Shown in pieces: positions 30,404 through 39,633 of a DNA stretch of 64,000 nucleotides; position 1 is the stretch's first letter, and every line of letters starts with the position of its first letter. The stretch is from assembly GCA_963847705.1 (NCBI GenBank), contig CAWKBC010000017.1, forward strand, positions 233,795 through 297,794. The letters run 5' to 3'. A program made the position numbers and the translations under genes. Source of the DNA: an uncultured Pseudomonadota bacterium (GTDB taxonomy: Bacteria; Myxococcota_A; Polyangia; Fen-1088). The notes beneath the pieces are model-generated. The model worked only from the letters and a program-made list of their open reading frames with translations. It was not told the origin of the DNA and made no database searches.

Positions 30404-31095
30404 TGCGCGAAATCCTCCAGGCCGGCGGGGGATCCGATCTCGTAGAAGCGCTCGGCCGATTCGAAGCCGCCGAGCTGGCCGCGCAGCGACAGGGCGTGAA
30501 ACAGCTCGCTCAGATCGGCCTTGGCGCCGGCGGGGACCTCCTCGGCCACCACCCGACGCTCGAGCGCGGAGAGACCGTAGTCGATGAAGGCGAAGTCCTC
30601 GGCGGGACGCGTCCGGCGCTGCTTGTCGTAGAGGGTCACCATCCGGCCGTCAAAGATGACATTGCTGGTGTCCCAGCGGCCTTGATTTCGAAACACCGTC
30701 ATGAGGGCCGGCGCGCCCGAGGCGGCGAAGGCCCGAAAGACGGCGGCGAAGTCGATGGGAAGGAACGAGTCTCCGTAGGTCAGCAGAAAGCGCTCTTCCA
30801 GGGCCCCCTCGTCGAGGGCCAGCCGGACGGCCCCGGCGGTGCCGCGCAGGTTGGCCCCCTCATCGACGGTGCGGACGCGGAGCCCGAACGCGGCGCCGTC
30901 GCCGACGTGGTCGCGCAGCGCCTCACCGAGGTAACCGACCGACAGCACCACGTCGGTCACCCCGTGCGCCGCCAGCCAGGTGAGCTGATGGTCGATGAAC
31001 GGTCGTCCGGCGACCGCAATCAACGCCTTGGGAACGCTCTCGGTGAGCGGCCGCATCCGGGTGGCCAGGCCGCCCGCCAGGATCAAGCACTGCAC
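30367..31095 (-). CDS. hddC: Sugar-1-phosphate nucleotidyltransferase (HddC-like guanylyltransferase)
   Basis: ILAGGLATRMRP, PKAL, GTAGA, YGDS, FYEIGSP. Confidence 0.75.
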   Translation of the reverse strand: MQCLILAGGLATRMRPLTESVPKALIAVAGRPFIDHQLTWLAAHGVTDVVLSVGYLGEALRDHVGDGAAFGLRVRTVDEGANLRGTAGAVRLALDEGALEERFLLTYGDSFLPIDFAAVFRAFAASGAPALMTVFRNQGRWDTSNVIFDGRMVTLYDKQRRTRPAEDFAFIDYGLSALERRVVAEEVPAGAKADLSELFHALSLRGQLGGFESAERFYEIGSPAGLEDFAQWLAQKSTLPER

Positions 31096-31116
31096 GGGCG
31101 CGGCGTCCTCATTCGG

Positions 31117-32208
31117 CTAGAGCCGGTAGGCGACGCCGGCCAGCAGCTCCCAGCGCCCGATGTTGCCGTAGAAGTACTGCTTCTTCGCGCTGCTCGCGTA
31201 GGCCGGCCAGAAGAACAGCGAGACGTTCTTCGTCAGCTCGTACTCGGCGGCGCCGCCGATGCGGATCAGCAACAGCGCCTGCGAGCCGTTGATGGTGACC
31301 GAGGGGCTCTCCAGCAGCGTCGAGCTCGGCGTGAGGCCGCCGATCGACAGCACGCCGATCCCCAGGTCGCCCATCAACGTGAACCGCGGCGCGCCCCGCA
31401 CGACGATCGTCGGATCGATCAGGAACGAGGAGAAGCTGTCCTTCGAATCGGTCTCCTTGAGGAACGTGTAGCCGAACAGGGCGCCGAGCCGGAACCGCAC
31501 CCGGGCCGCAGGGTTCCCGAAGGTGTAGCCGCCTGCCAGCGTGAAGGCGAACGACGGCTGGGCGTTCTCCTGCAGCCCCGACGACCAGGTGTCGAACCCG
31601 ATGGCGGCGCGCAGATCGATCCGGCGCGGTGGCGGCGGGACGGCCCGCGGGGCGCTCGCCTCGACGACGCCGCCCGGGCTGGTTGTCCCCTGCGTCGAGG
31701 TCGGTGCAGCGGCGGCGGTCCCGCCGGTGACCACCACCTCCGGATTGGCCGCCGCAGGAGCGCTCGACGGCTCGGTCGCGGGCGGCGCGCCGCCGCTTCC
31801 GCCCGGGTTGTCCGGACCGAACGGCCCCGGTGGCGGAAGGCCCCTGGCCTGCTCCTGAACCGAGAGCTGCTTCTGCAGCGCCTCGATCTTCTGTTCCACC
31901 TCGGAGCGGTTGCGCGCCTTGGGAGAGTTGCTCAGGTAGCGCTTGTAGAAGAAGATCGCCTTCTGCGCGTCCCCCATCGTGCGGTAGGCCTGCGCGATGT
32001 TGTAGAGGAAGCCGGGATCGTTCTTGAGCTGGTACCCGTTCTGCCAGGCGTCGATCGCCTTGTCGAACTGCCCCAGGTCGAAGTAGGTGTTCCCCTGGGT
32101 GAACAGGTCGCGCGCCTTCTGGGCGTCGTCGGCGCGGGCAGCCGTCGCGCCCCACGCCATGAAGACGATCGCCACCAGCAGCGCAACCAGAGAGGCGCGG
32201 GCTCGCAC
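31117..32208 (-). CDS. Secreted TPR protein with Pro-rich linker and C-terminal beta-barrel-like domain
   Basis: Signal peptide ending ARA, TPR helices (LYNIAQAYR), amphipathic strands ending GVAYRL. Confidence 0.8.
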   Translation of the reverse strand: MRARASLVALLVAIVFMAWGATAARADDAQKARDLFTQGNTYFDLGQFDKAIDAWQNGYQLKNDPGFLYNIAQAYRTMGDAQKAIFFYKRYLSNSPKARNRSEVEQKIEALQKQLSVQEQARGLPPPGPFGPDNPGGSGGAPPATEPSSAPAAANPEVVVTGGTAAAAPTSTQGTTSPGGVVEASAPRAVPPPPRRIDLRAAIGFDTWSSGLQENAQPSFAFTLAGGYTFGNPAARVRFRLGALFGYTFLKETDSKDSFSSFLIDPTIVVRGAPRFTLMGDLGIGVLSIGGLTPSSTLLESPSVTINGSQALLLIRIGGAAEYELTKNVSLFFWPAYASSAKKQYFYGNIGRWELLAGVAYRL

Positions 32209-32285
32209 TGCCTCCATCGTAGCTGCAAAGGCCCTGCCCCGGCAAATTCATCGGCCGGCGTGACGTTCACGATCTGCGTGACGAT

Positions 32286-33173
32286 TCACGATCTGCGTAC
32301 GCGGGGCGCCAGCTCCAGGGCCGGCTTGCCTCGGCGGAACACCCGCACCGAGCCGGAGGTCTGCGAGACGACGATGGCGATGGCCTCCGTGTCGCGCGAG
32401 ATCCCGGCCGCCGCCATGTGCCGCGCGCCGAGCCCGAGCGGAAGGTCGAGCTCCTTTTTGTCGTCGAGGTTGAGGTAGCGGCCGGCGGCCACCACGGTGC
32501 CGTCCTCGCGCACGATGAAGGCGCCGTCGAGCACCGAGAAGGCGTGCAGCGCGTGCCGCACGTCGGGGTTCATGATGTTCTTCTCGTCCTCGGAGTAGCC
32601 CTGAAACGGATTCAACGTCAGCTGGCGCGACTTCTCCATCACGGTGTTGGAGTCGCCGATCACGAACAGCGCGCCCACGGGCCGCCCCTCCCACCCCTCC
32701 ACGCCGATGGAGACCGCCAGCTCGATCAGGGTGTCCATCACGCCTGCCGACACCCCCTCGGCTTGCAGGAAGCCAAACGAGCCCTCCCCGTCCTCGGGAC
32801 CGACGGTGACCACCAGGATGGAGTCCGGATAGGCGGCCGGCTTGCGCGCCAGGAGCCCGACCACGACGTCACCCTCTTTGTAGATTCCGCGCGCGATCCC
32901 GCTCACCAGGGCAATCTTTAATTTTTCGGGGCGGCCGAGGTCGTAGTCGGGGAGCGGCAGCACCGGAACGCCCGAGGCCTCGATCACGTCGCGCTGGTTT
33001 TCGCTGACCACCGCCTGCACGAGCCGCTTGCGGGCCCGTGGTTTGCCGCGAAAAAGCTCCTCGGGGAGCGCCAGGTCGCCGACGTACAACAAGTGATCGA
33101 CGCTGGGGCGCGCGGCGAGCGCCACCGCCGCGCGGATCACGTCGGCCTGGGTGGCCGTGGGGGCTTTGGCCAT
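32286..33173 (-). CDS. Diadenylate cyclase (DisA_N/DAC domain), DacZ-like
   Basis: EGWEGRPVGALFVIGD, LNPF, LDGAF catalytic motif, GLGARHMAAA, SQTSG. Soluble N-terminal domain, no TM. Confidence 0.85.
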   Translation of the reverse strand: MAKAPTATQADVIRAAVALAARPSVDHLLYVGDLALPEELFRGKPRARKRLVQAVVSENQRDVIEASGVPVLPLPDYDLGRPEKLKIALVSGIARGIYKEGDVVVGLLARKPAAYPDSILVVTVGPEDGEGSFGFLQAEGVSAGVMDTLIELAVSIGVEGWEGRPVGALFVIGDSNTVMEKSRQLTLNPFQGYSEDEKNIMNPDVRHALHAFSVLDGAFIVREDGTVVAAGRYLNLDDKKELDLPLGLGARHMAAAGISRDTEAIAIVVSQTSGSVRVFRRGKPALELAPRVRRS

Positions 33174-33223
33174 TTTCGGCGGTCCTCGGGGGCACATGCT
33201 ACGCTGAAATTGGAAGGCTCGGA

Positions 33224-34789
33224 ATGAAGTTACCGCTCAAGGGCCTCGTGCCGCGCTTGGTTCCGCGCTGGATGCCGCTCCTGCTGGGCGCGCTCATCGT
33301 CATCGGCATCGCCTTCGACATGGTGACCCGCTCCCAGCTGTCGGCGACCACGGCCCTCATGTGTGAGGGCGAGTACGCCGACACGCTGCAGGTCCAGTCG
33401 GCGCGCACCCGCGACACCGAGCAGGGACCGAAGAGCCAGTTCAGCTACCTGGTTCGCAGCTCCGCGAAGTACGAATGCCCCTTCTTCGGCCCCGACGGCA
33501 AGCTGCGCCGCCGGCGCGTCCAGGCCAGCGAGCTCGGCACCGCGTTCGCGTACGAGGCGTCCGGCAACGACACCTACCTGCTCACCAACGAGCACGTCGC
33601 CGCCTGGCCCGATGTGACCGACACCTTCCACCGCATCGACGGCGTGCCCGAGGGGTGCAAGCGCGTCGAGGACAAGCTGCGCATCGTGCGCGACGAGCGC
33701 GACGACTTCGAGCCCGGGCAGATCGCCCTCACCCGCGTGGCGGTCGATCCGCTGCTCGACGCCGCCATCCTCAAGGCGAGCCAGAAGCTGACCGTGCTCC
33801 CCTACCAGATCGGCAAGAGCGCGGCGCTGCGCCAGGGGAACGCCGTCGAGGTGCGCGGCTTTCCGCTCGGCGTGATGCAGGCGGTTTCGGGCGGCAAGGT
33901 GGTGAACCCCTACGATCGCGACCAGGAACAGGGATGGGACCACGTCGACTTCGTCATCGACGCGCTCCTCGCCGAGGGGAACTCGGGCAGCCCGGTGCTG
34001 GCGGCCTCGTGCAAGTCGCACGATCTCGAGCTGGTCGGCGTCTACCACGCCGGCTACAAGGGGCACGGCGCGCTGAACGTGGTGGTCGGCATCGACCAGC
34101 TCACCGAGTTCATGCACAAGAAGCGCCGCATTGCGCGGGCCGTCAGCGAGGGGGGGCCGGGCGCGCCCTCGGCCGCGGACCGCGCGCGGGTCAAGCAGGC
34201 CCTGGGGGCCGGGACCTTGCCCCTGTTCGACTTCGGCGGGTTGTTCGTGCGGGCCGAGGAGGCGGACGGCGTCCTCCTCTATCACTTCTACGGCCGGCAG
34301 TTCCCGCTCGACGATCGGCGGGTCGCGGTCCTCGAAGATCGCCCCAAGGAGGGCGCCTTCGGCGAGCTGGCGCGCTTCTGGGTGCTCGGCCAGACGGGAT
34401 GGCGCGAGTGGCCGCCCGCCGCGCTGGGAACCGAGGAGCACGATCTGCTGACGCGCGTGGGCGATTCGATCCGGCTGCAGATCCTGCACACCGTCGACTA
34501 CCGGACGGCGCTGGCCAACCCCGGGTCGGCCGACGAGAGACGGCACGGCCGCGATCTGTCGCGCGCGATCTCCCGCGACGTTCCGGTCGCGCGCGATCTG
34601 GCTTCCAATCTGCTCGACACCGTCGACCGGCTTTCTTCGGCGCGAGATCCGGCCGCCCCGGGGCCGGCCGTCGCCGGCTCGGAGACGCCTCCGGGGACTC
34701 CGCCGCTGCCGGCCTCCCCGCCGCCCGCGCCGCTTGGTTCGCCGCTCAGCGCGCCGCCGCACGCGGCCGGTCGCGCCGGTCAGCTGTAG
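33224..34789 (+). CDS. Membrane-anchored trypsin-like (S1) serine protease with unknown C-terminal domain
   Basis: N-terminal TM. Catalytic triad motifs LTNEHV, LDAAIL and GNSGSP. Confidence 0.85.
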   Translation: MKLPLKGLVPRLVPRWMPLLLGALIVIGIAFDMVTRSQLSATTALMCEGEYADTLQVQSARTRDTEQGPKSQFSYLVRSSAKYECPFFGPDGKLRRRRVQASELGTAFAYEASGNDTYLLTNEHVAAWPDVTDTFHRIDGVPEGCKRVEDKLRIVRDERDDFEPGQIALTRVAVDPLLDAAILKASQKLTVLPYQIGKSAALRQGNAVEVRGFPLGVMQAVSGGKVVNPYDRDQEQGWDHVDFVIDALLAEGNSGSPVLAASCKSHDLELVGVYHAGYKGHGALNVVVGIDQLTEFMHKKRRIARAVSEGGPGAPSAADRARVKQALGAGTLPLFDFGGLFVRAEEADGVLLYHFYGRQFPLDDRRVAVLEDRPKEGAFGELARFWVLGQTGWREWPPAALGTEEHDLLTRVGDSIRLQILHTVDYRTALANPGSADERRHGRDLSRAISRDVPVARDLASNLLDTVDRLSSARDPAAPGPAVAGSETPPGTPPLPASPPPAPLGSPLSAPPHAAGRAGQL

Positions 34790-37137
34790 CGCTTGCGCAC
34801 GAGCGCCAGGATGGCGTCCTTGGCGCAGTCGTCGCAGTAACCGAAGCGCGACTTCATCGTCGCCAGCGTGTTGCCCGAGGCGGTGGCGGCGTCGGGCTGC
34901 ATCCGCGAGGGGCCGTCGGTCAGCAGGACCAGCAGATCCTCGTTGATCTTGCGGACCTGCTTCTTGCGCTCCTCGAAGAACGAGGTGCGCAGCTCCGCGA
35001 TGGGGCGCGGGAAGATCTGCTCGTAGTCCGGCCGCTGCTTGGGGTGATCGATCGACCAGGCTCCGATCCGGCTGATGACCTCACGGCGGAACTCGTCGCG
35101 GCGGCCCGCCATCTGCAGGATCCGTTCGATCTCCGCCATCATCTCCTCGTCAGGCTCCTCATCCTTGCCGGTGATCGGGTTGGGGACCTTCTCCTTCTTG
35201 ACCCAGTAGGAGACGTGCGCCACGTAGCGCTCGAAGCGGTCGATGTAGCGGCGCTCCTCGACCAGCCCCATCGAGGTGCGCACCTCGTCGTCGATCTGAT
35301 CGATCAACTTGTCGCGCACCTGGAAGATGAACTTGCGGTTCTCGTGGAAACCGCCCGGCAGCGGCTCCTGCTTGAGGAACTCGTAGACCGTCACGCCGCG
35401 GACCAGCTCCTCCAGCTCATCCAACACCGCGAAGGGCGACAGGCACTTGTACCGCGTGCTCTGCGCGGCGTTCATGATCACCAGCTTCATCTCGCGCGGC
35501 GAGGCGCCGGTGCGCCCCTCGTAGTTGGGATAGTTGTCCGACTCGCGGGCGATCTTCTCGACCCCGGCCACGAGATCGCGCTGCTGCTCGGTGCTGAGCC
35601 CCTCCGGCGTGGCGCCGTCGGCGTAGAGCTGCGCCTTTTCCATCGGCCCCAGCTTGGAGACGATGTCCGACAGGGTCTTGCTGTACTTCTCGGCCAGCGG
35701 CTTCTTCATTCGCGTCAGCGCCGCCCAGAGCGCGGTCACCCAGGCGACGTGCGGCGCCACGTGCCTTGCCGACTCGGTGTGCGCGGCCTGGATCTGCGCC
35801 TCGTAGATCCGCTGCTCCACGCGGTGGTCCAGCAGGTAGGGCACGCGCACCAGCTCCATTCGACCCTTGAACGACTGGAACTCGGGGATCTCCTTGAACG
35901 CCGCCAGGTACCCCTCGTTCGACGAGCCGATGAAGACCGTGTCGAGCTCCAGGCTGGCGACGTCGAGCGAGACCCGCCCCTGCTCCACCGTGCCGAGCAG
36001 GTACTTGTACGACTCGAGCGGCCGCTTGAGCAGATCGGCAAAGTCGATCACGCCCCGGTTCCCGTCGACCAGCTCCCCCTGGTATTCGTAGAGCGTCAGC
36101 GACTGCAGCGCCGGCGGCAGCGAGGCGAGCGAGCGGTCCATCGTCAGCTGCCGCGAGTGGGCGTCGACCGCCAGCTGCGGCTCGACGGTGGCGGCCGCCT
36201 GCCGGTAGCGCCGGGAGACGAAGAAGCGCTCGACCTGCACGTGGCGCAGGACCTTGCTGAGATCGCCGTGGTACGAGGACAGCAGCGCCTCGAAGATCTG
36301 ACGGTTGCGGTGCGACAGATCGCCGCGCACCAGGTAGTCGGCGGGCCGCAGCTCCGGTCGGTTGACGGAGGCGAGCCGCTCGGTGACCAGCTCCCGCCGC
36401 TTGCCTCGTGGGAGCAGCAAGAGCGGGTGATCGCGCATCTCGTCGGCGATCTTCGATTCGATCAGCTCGTCCTCGAGATAGGCGAAGGTCTCCTGCCCAC
36501 CGCCCGACTCGATGCCGCCGCCGAAGCCAATGCCCCCCTTGGTCAGCTTTTGCGAGGGGAAGATCCAGTTGAACTTGTAGAGCGCGCCGTCTTCCAGCGT
36601 CGAGTAATGCTCCATCGCCCGCTGCAGGCAGGCGACGAAGGTCGACTTGGCGCTGCCGTTCGGGCCGTGCAGCAGGATGAGGCGGTTGGTCCGCCCTTCG
36701 CGCGCGAAGTTCGCCACCAACCGATAGACCGCGGCCTGAACCTCTTCCTGCCCGACCAGCGCGTCCTTGCCGTTGTCCCAGGCGCAGTCGAACAGCTTCC
36801 AGCGGGTCATCGGCCCCCGCGGCGTGCGCACCGGCTCGGTGCCGAAGTGGTCGAAGACGTCACGCACGTACTGGGCGGCCGAGCGGAGCTGGCGGGCCGG
36901 CTCGGCGCTGAACAGCGTCACGTACTCGGCGAAGGAGATCACGCGCCGGTTGCGGGCGAAGCTCTCCCGCATCTCGCCGGTCGCCTGCGTCAACCAGTCG
37001 CGCGAGTCGAAGGCCGGCGACCCGTTTGCCGCGGCGCCGTTCGGCGCGCCGGCGCTGTTCGCTCGCTGGTGGTCGTCCGCCTGCCGCGCCTCGGCAGACT
37101 CGCGGTGATCCGTCGGGGATGCTTCGCGGATCGGCAT
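34780..37137 (-). CDS. prkA: PrkA/YeaG-family AAA+ serine protein kinase
   Basis: LLHGPNGSAKST Walker A, DHPLLL, GNRGVIDFADLLK, GASPRE, FGYC..CA C-terminus. Confidence 0.88.
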   Translation of the reverse strand: MPIREASPTDHRESAEARQADDHQRANSAGAPNGAAANGSPAFDSRDWLTQATGEMRESFARNRRVISFAEYVTLFSAEPARQLRSAAQYVRDVFDHFGTEPVRTPRGPMTRWKLFDCAWDNGKDALVGQEEVQAAVYRLVANFAREGRTNRLILLHGPNGSAKSTFVACLQRAMEHYSTLEDGALYKFNWIFPSQKLTKGGIGFGGGIESGGGQETFAYLEDELIESKIADEMRDHPLLLLPRGKRRELVTERLASVNRPELRPADYLVRGDLSHRNRQIFEALLSSYHGDLSKVLRHVQVERFFVSRRYRQAAATVEPQLAVDAHSRQLTMDRSLASLPPALQSLTLYEYQGELVDGNRGVIDFADLLKRPLESYKYLLGTVEQGRVSLDVASLELDTVFIGSSNEGYLAAFKEIPEFQSFKGRMELVRVPYLLDHRVEQRIYEAQIQAAHTESARHVAPHVAWVTALWAALTRMKKPLAEKYSKTLSDIVSKLGPMEKAQLYADGATPEGLSTEQQRDLVAGVEKIARESDNYPNYEGRTGASPREMKLVIMNAAQSTRYKCLSPFAVLDELEELVRGVTVYEFLKQEPLPGGFHENRKFIFQVRDKLIDQIDDEVRTSMGLVEERRYIDRFERYVAHVSYWVKKEKVPNPITGKDEEPDEEMMAEIERILQMAGRRDEFRREVISRIGAWSIDHPKQRPDYEQIFPRPIAELRTSFFEERKKQVRKINEDLLVLLTDGPSRMQPDAATASGNTLATMKSRFGYCDDCAKDAILALVRKRYS

Positions 37138-37227
37138 CGTCCTTCACGGTAGCACGCGCCCGCGACAGCTGCATACTGCGACGGCTGCATAACTTCGCCG
37201 TTCTCGCCGCGTCTTCCTTTGGGATAG

Positions 37228-37911
37228 ATGGACTGGTATGTAAAGGCCACGATGTCGAGCTTGTGTCGCCGCCTGTCCGCTCTGCTGTTGCCGGTCCTCG
37301 TCGTTGGGTCCCTGGTCGCCTCGCCGGCCCGCGCCGCGGAGACCCCGCCCCCCGCCAACTCCAGCCCGATGGCGGATTTGAAAAAATCGAACGCTCAGCT
37401 GGACAAGGTGCTGCAGAAGAACAAGCCCAACTGGTCCCCCGAGGCGGAGCTCGAGCGCACCGAGGTCAAGAAGCTGGTCGGCTCATTCCTCGACTACGGC
37501 GAGCTGGCCAAGCAATCCCTCAGCAAGAACTGGGACAAGATCACGCCCAAGCAGCGGGAAGAGTTCGTGGAGACGCTGCGCCAGCTGGTGGAGCGCAGCT
37601 ACCTGCGCCAGATGCACGGCAGCCCGAACTACAACATCAAGTACGAGAAGGAAGAGAAGACCGGCTCCGAGGCTGATGTGACCGCGACGCTCAACACCGT
37701 CTCGCGCGGCAAGAAGACCAAGGTCGCGCTCGAGTACAAGATGCTCTGGCGGGACGGGCACTGGGTCGTCTACGACGTGGTGACCGACGAGCAGAGCATG
37801 CTCGAGAACTACCGCGCGGAGTTCAGCAAGATCATCAACCGGGACGGCTTCGACGCGCTCCTCAAGAAGATGCGCAAGAAGCTCGAAGAGAAAGACGACG
37901 ACAGCGAGTAA
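37228..37911 (+). CDS. mlaC: MlaC/Ttg2D-family periplasmic lipid-binding protein
   Basis: Signal peptide, LDYGELAKQSL, WVVYDV, SMLENYRAEF. Confidence 0.8.
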   Translation: MDWYVKATMSSLCRRLSALLLPVLVVGSLVASPARAAETPPPANSSPMADLKKSNAQLDKVLQKNKPNWSPEAELERTEVKKLVGSFLDYGELAKQSLSKNWDKITPKQREEFVETLRQLVERSYLRQMHGSPNYNIKYEKEEKTGSEADVTATLNTVSRGKKTKVALEYKMLWRDGHWVVYDVVTDEQSMLENYRAEFSKIINRDGFDALLKKMRKKLEEKDDDSE

Positions 37912-39566
37912 TGCGCGCCGCTCGCCGCGCGCGTGACCTGGTGTTGCTCGCCGGTGTCGGCCTGGCGGTGGCCAGCGGAGCGGGCGGCTGTACCGAGGAC
38001 TGCTGCACGGTCGATTCGTTTCCCATCGCGCTGACCCGCGCGCCGCTCGGCGCGCCGCCCTTGCCGACCGCCAGCCTGGGCGACGGCGGGGCGCCCCCCG
38101 GTGGCGGCGCGCTGGTGGCGCTCGCCGGTCTGCCCGGTGCGCCCGCCAACCAGCTCTTCTCGATGGTGATCGACACCGGCAGCCCGTTCACCATCCTGGC
38201 CGGCCCCACGGCCGCGAACCCCCAGACGAACGCGGCGGGCTGGAACCTCTACCAGGCTGGCGCCCCGCTGTCCCCCATGACCATGCTCCCCCCCCTGCGG
38301 GCGACCTTCCGCGGCTGGGACGTCATCGGAGTGCCGCTCTACCCGGCCGGGGACCCGACCTCGTTACCGCTCGGCGTGCTCGGCGCCGATCTCTTGCGGG
38401 GCTACTCGGTCGAGCTTCGTTTCGGGGCGCCCTGCTCCGGCGGGCCGGGGCTCTGCTCGTCCATGACCTTCTGGGGCCACCTCGACGAGGACGCGTCTTT
38501 GCTCGAGGACGCCGGTTACGCGGTCGTCAGCTTCACGCCGTTCGGCGGCGGCGAGATCACCGCCGACGGCGATCCCGACTTCCTGGGCCTGCGCGGCCCG
38601 CTCGACGTCCCCGCCACGCGGGTGGTGCTGCGGGCCTGCGCGCTGCCGAACGCGTTCGCTCCAGACACCGGCTCACCCGGGCTGTCGGTGGCGGGCTGCA
38701 CCGACGGCCAGCAGGCGCTCATTCAAGCGAGCGGCATCGACCTGTCGCTGATGATCGATACCGGCGTCGGCCCGCTGGTCCTGAGCGCGTCGGCCTGGGC
38801 GCGTGTCGTCGCGGCCGCCGGCCAGGCTCAGCCCACGCCGATCACGCTGCCGTTGCCACCCCCGGCTCCGGCAACACCGGCGCCGTCGCAGCTCCCACCT
38901 CTTTATGTCGCGACCTGGCCGACGCCGATCGACGTTCTGCTCTGGGCGACCATCCCCCGCTTCGTTCTCATCAACCTCGAGGCGGGGCCCGACGATGATC
39001 CCGGACCCTGCGTCGAGCTCGGACGGTCGCGGCGCACGGAGATCGTCTCGTACCAGAACGCGATGGCCACCAACGGCGCCCCGGCGCTCTGCGGCGCTCG
39101 GTGTGACATCGATCCCAACAACACGGGCGAGGCGGCCAACAGTGCGGCCTATCTGGAGATCGGCGGCCAGATCCCGGTCGCGGTGATCTCCGACGACGAC
39201 CCGTTCCTGCAGGGGCTGCGCTTCGACGTCCTGCCGGAGGGGCCCGAGCTCGACGGTCTGGTCGGCGCCAACGCGCTCGGCCGCGCGCGGCTGGAGCTCG
39301 ACTACCTCTCGTCGCCGGCGCGCGCCGTCTTCTCCTGCGAGACAGACGCCCCGCGCGAGGCCTGCTGGGCCGCGGCCCGCTGCCCCCAGCTGCCGGACCA
39401 CTCGTCGGTCCACTACTGCTTCGGCCTGGGGCCGCACGGGCTGCCGGCCAGCTGTGACCCCGACGCCGGCATTCCGCCGGCCGACGGAGCGGCGGCCGGC
39501 TCCGCCGACGCTGGGGCCACGACCGACGCCGCGGCGACGGCCGACGCCGGGACGCCCATCCCATGA
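37911..39566 (+). CDS. Lipoprotein with two aspartic-protease (DTG) lobes
   Basis: Lipobox AGGC. VIDTGS paired with GVLGADLL, and MIDTGV paired with GLVGANAL. Confidence 0.7.
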   Translation: MRAARRARDLVLLAGVGLAVASGAGGCTEDCCTVDSFPIALTRAPLGAPPLPTASLGDGGAPPGGGALVALAGLPGAPANQLFSMVIDTGSPFTILAGPTAANPQTNAAGWNLYQAGAPLSPMTMLPPLRATFRGWDVIGVPLYPAGDPTSLPLGVLGADLLRGYSVELRFGAPCSGGPGLCSSMTFWGHLDEDASLLEDAGYAVVSFTPFGGGEITADGDPDFLGLRGPLDVPATRVVLRACALPNAFAPDTGSPGLSVAGCTDGQQALIQASGIDLSLMIDTGVGPLVLSASAWARVVAAAGQAQPTPITLPLPPPAPATPAPSQLPPLYVATWPTPIDVLLWATIPRFVLINLEAGPDDDPGPCVELGRSRRTEIVSYQNAMATNGAPALCGARCDIDPNNTGEAANSAAYLEIGGQIPVAVISDDDPFLQGLRFDVLPEGPELDGLVGANALGRARLELDYLSSPARAVFSCETDAPREACWAAARCPQLPDHSSVHYCFGLGPHGLPASCDPDAGIPPADGAAAGSADAGATTDAAATADAGTPIP

Positions 39567-39633
39567 TGTACGAGCGGCTGCAGTGATGTGTGAGCGGCTC
39601 CAGCCGATCCGTTGGCCTGCCGACTGAGGTAAG

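Noticed and set aside
32286-34789. DAC + protease as a CBASS-like anti-phage system
   Set aside because: The cyclase is DAC-fold, not CD-NTase. The genes are divergent, and the protease domain appears extracytoplasmic with no recognisable nucleotide sensor.
33475-37152. Very long alternative ORFs (1225 aa here; also 4352-7168, 47597-50074, 58685-60721)
   Set aside because: These are antisense or off-frame shadows of real genes in high-GC DNA, Arg/Gly/Ala-rich with no motifs.
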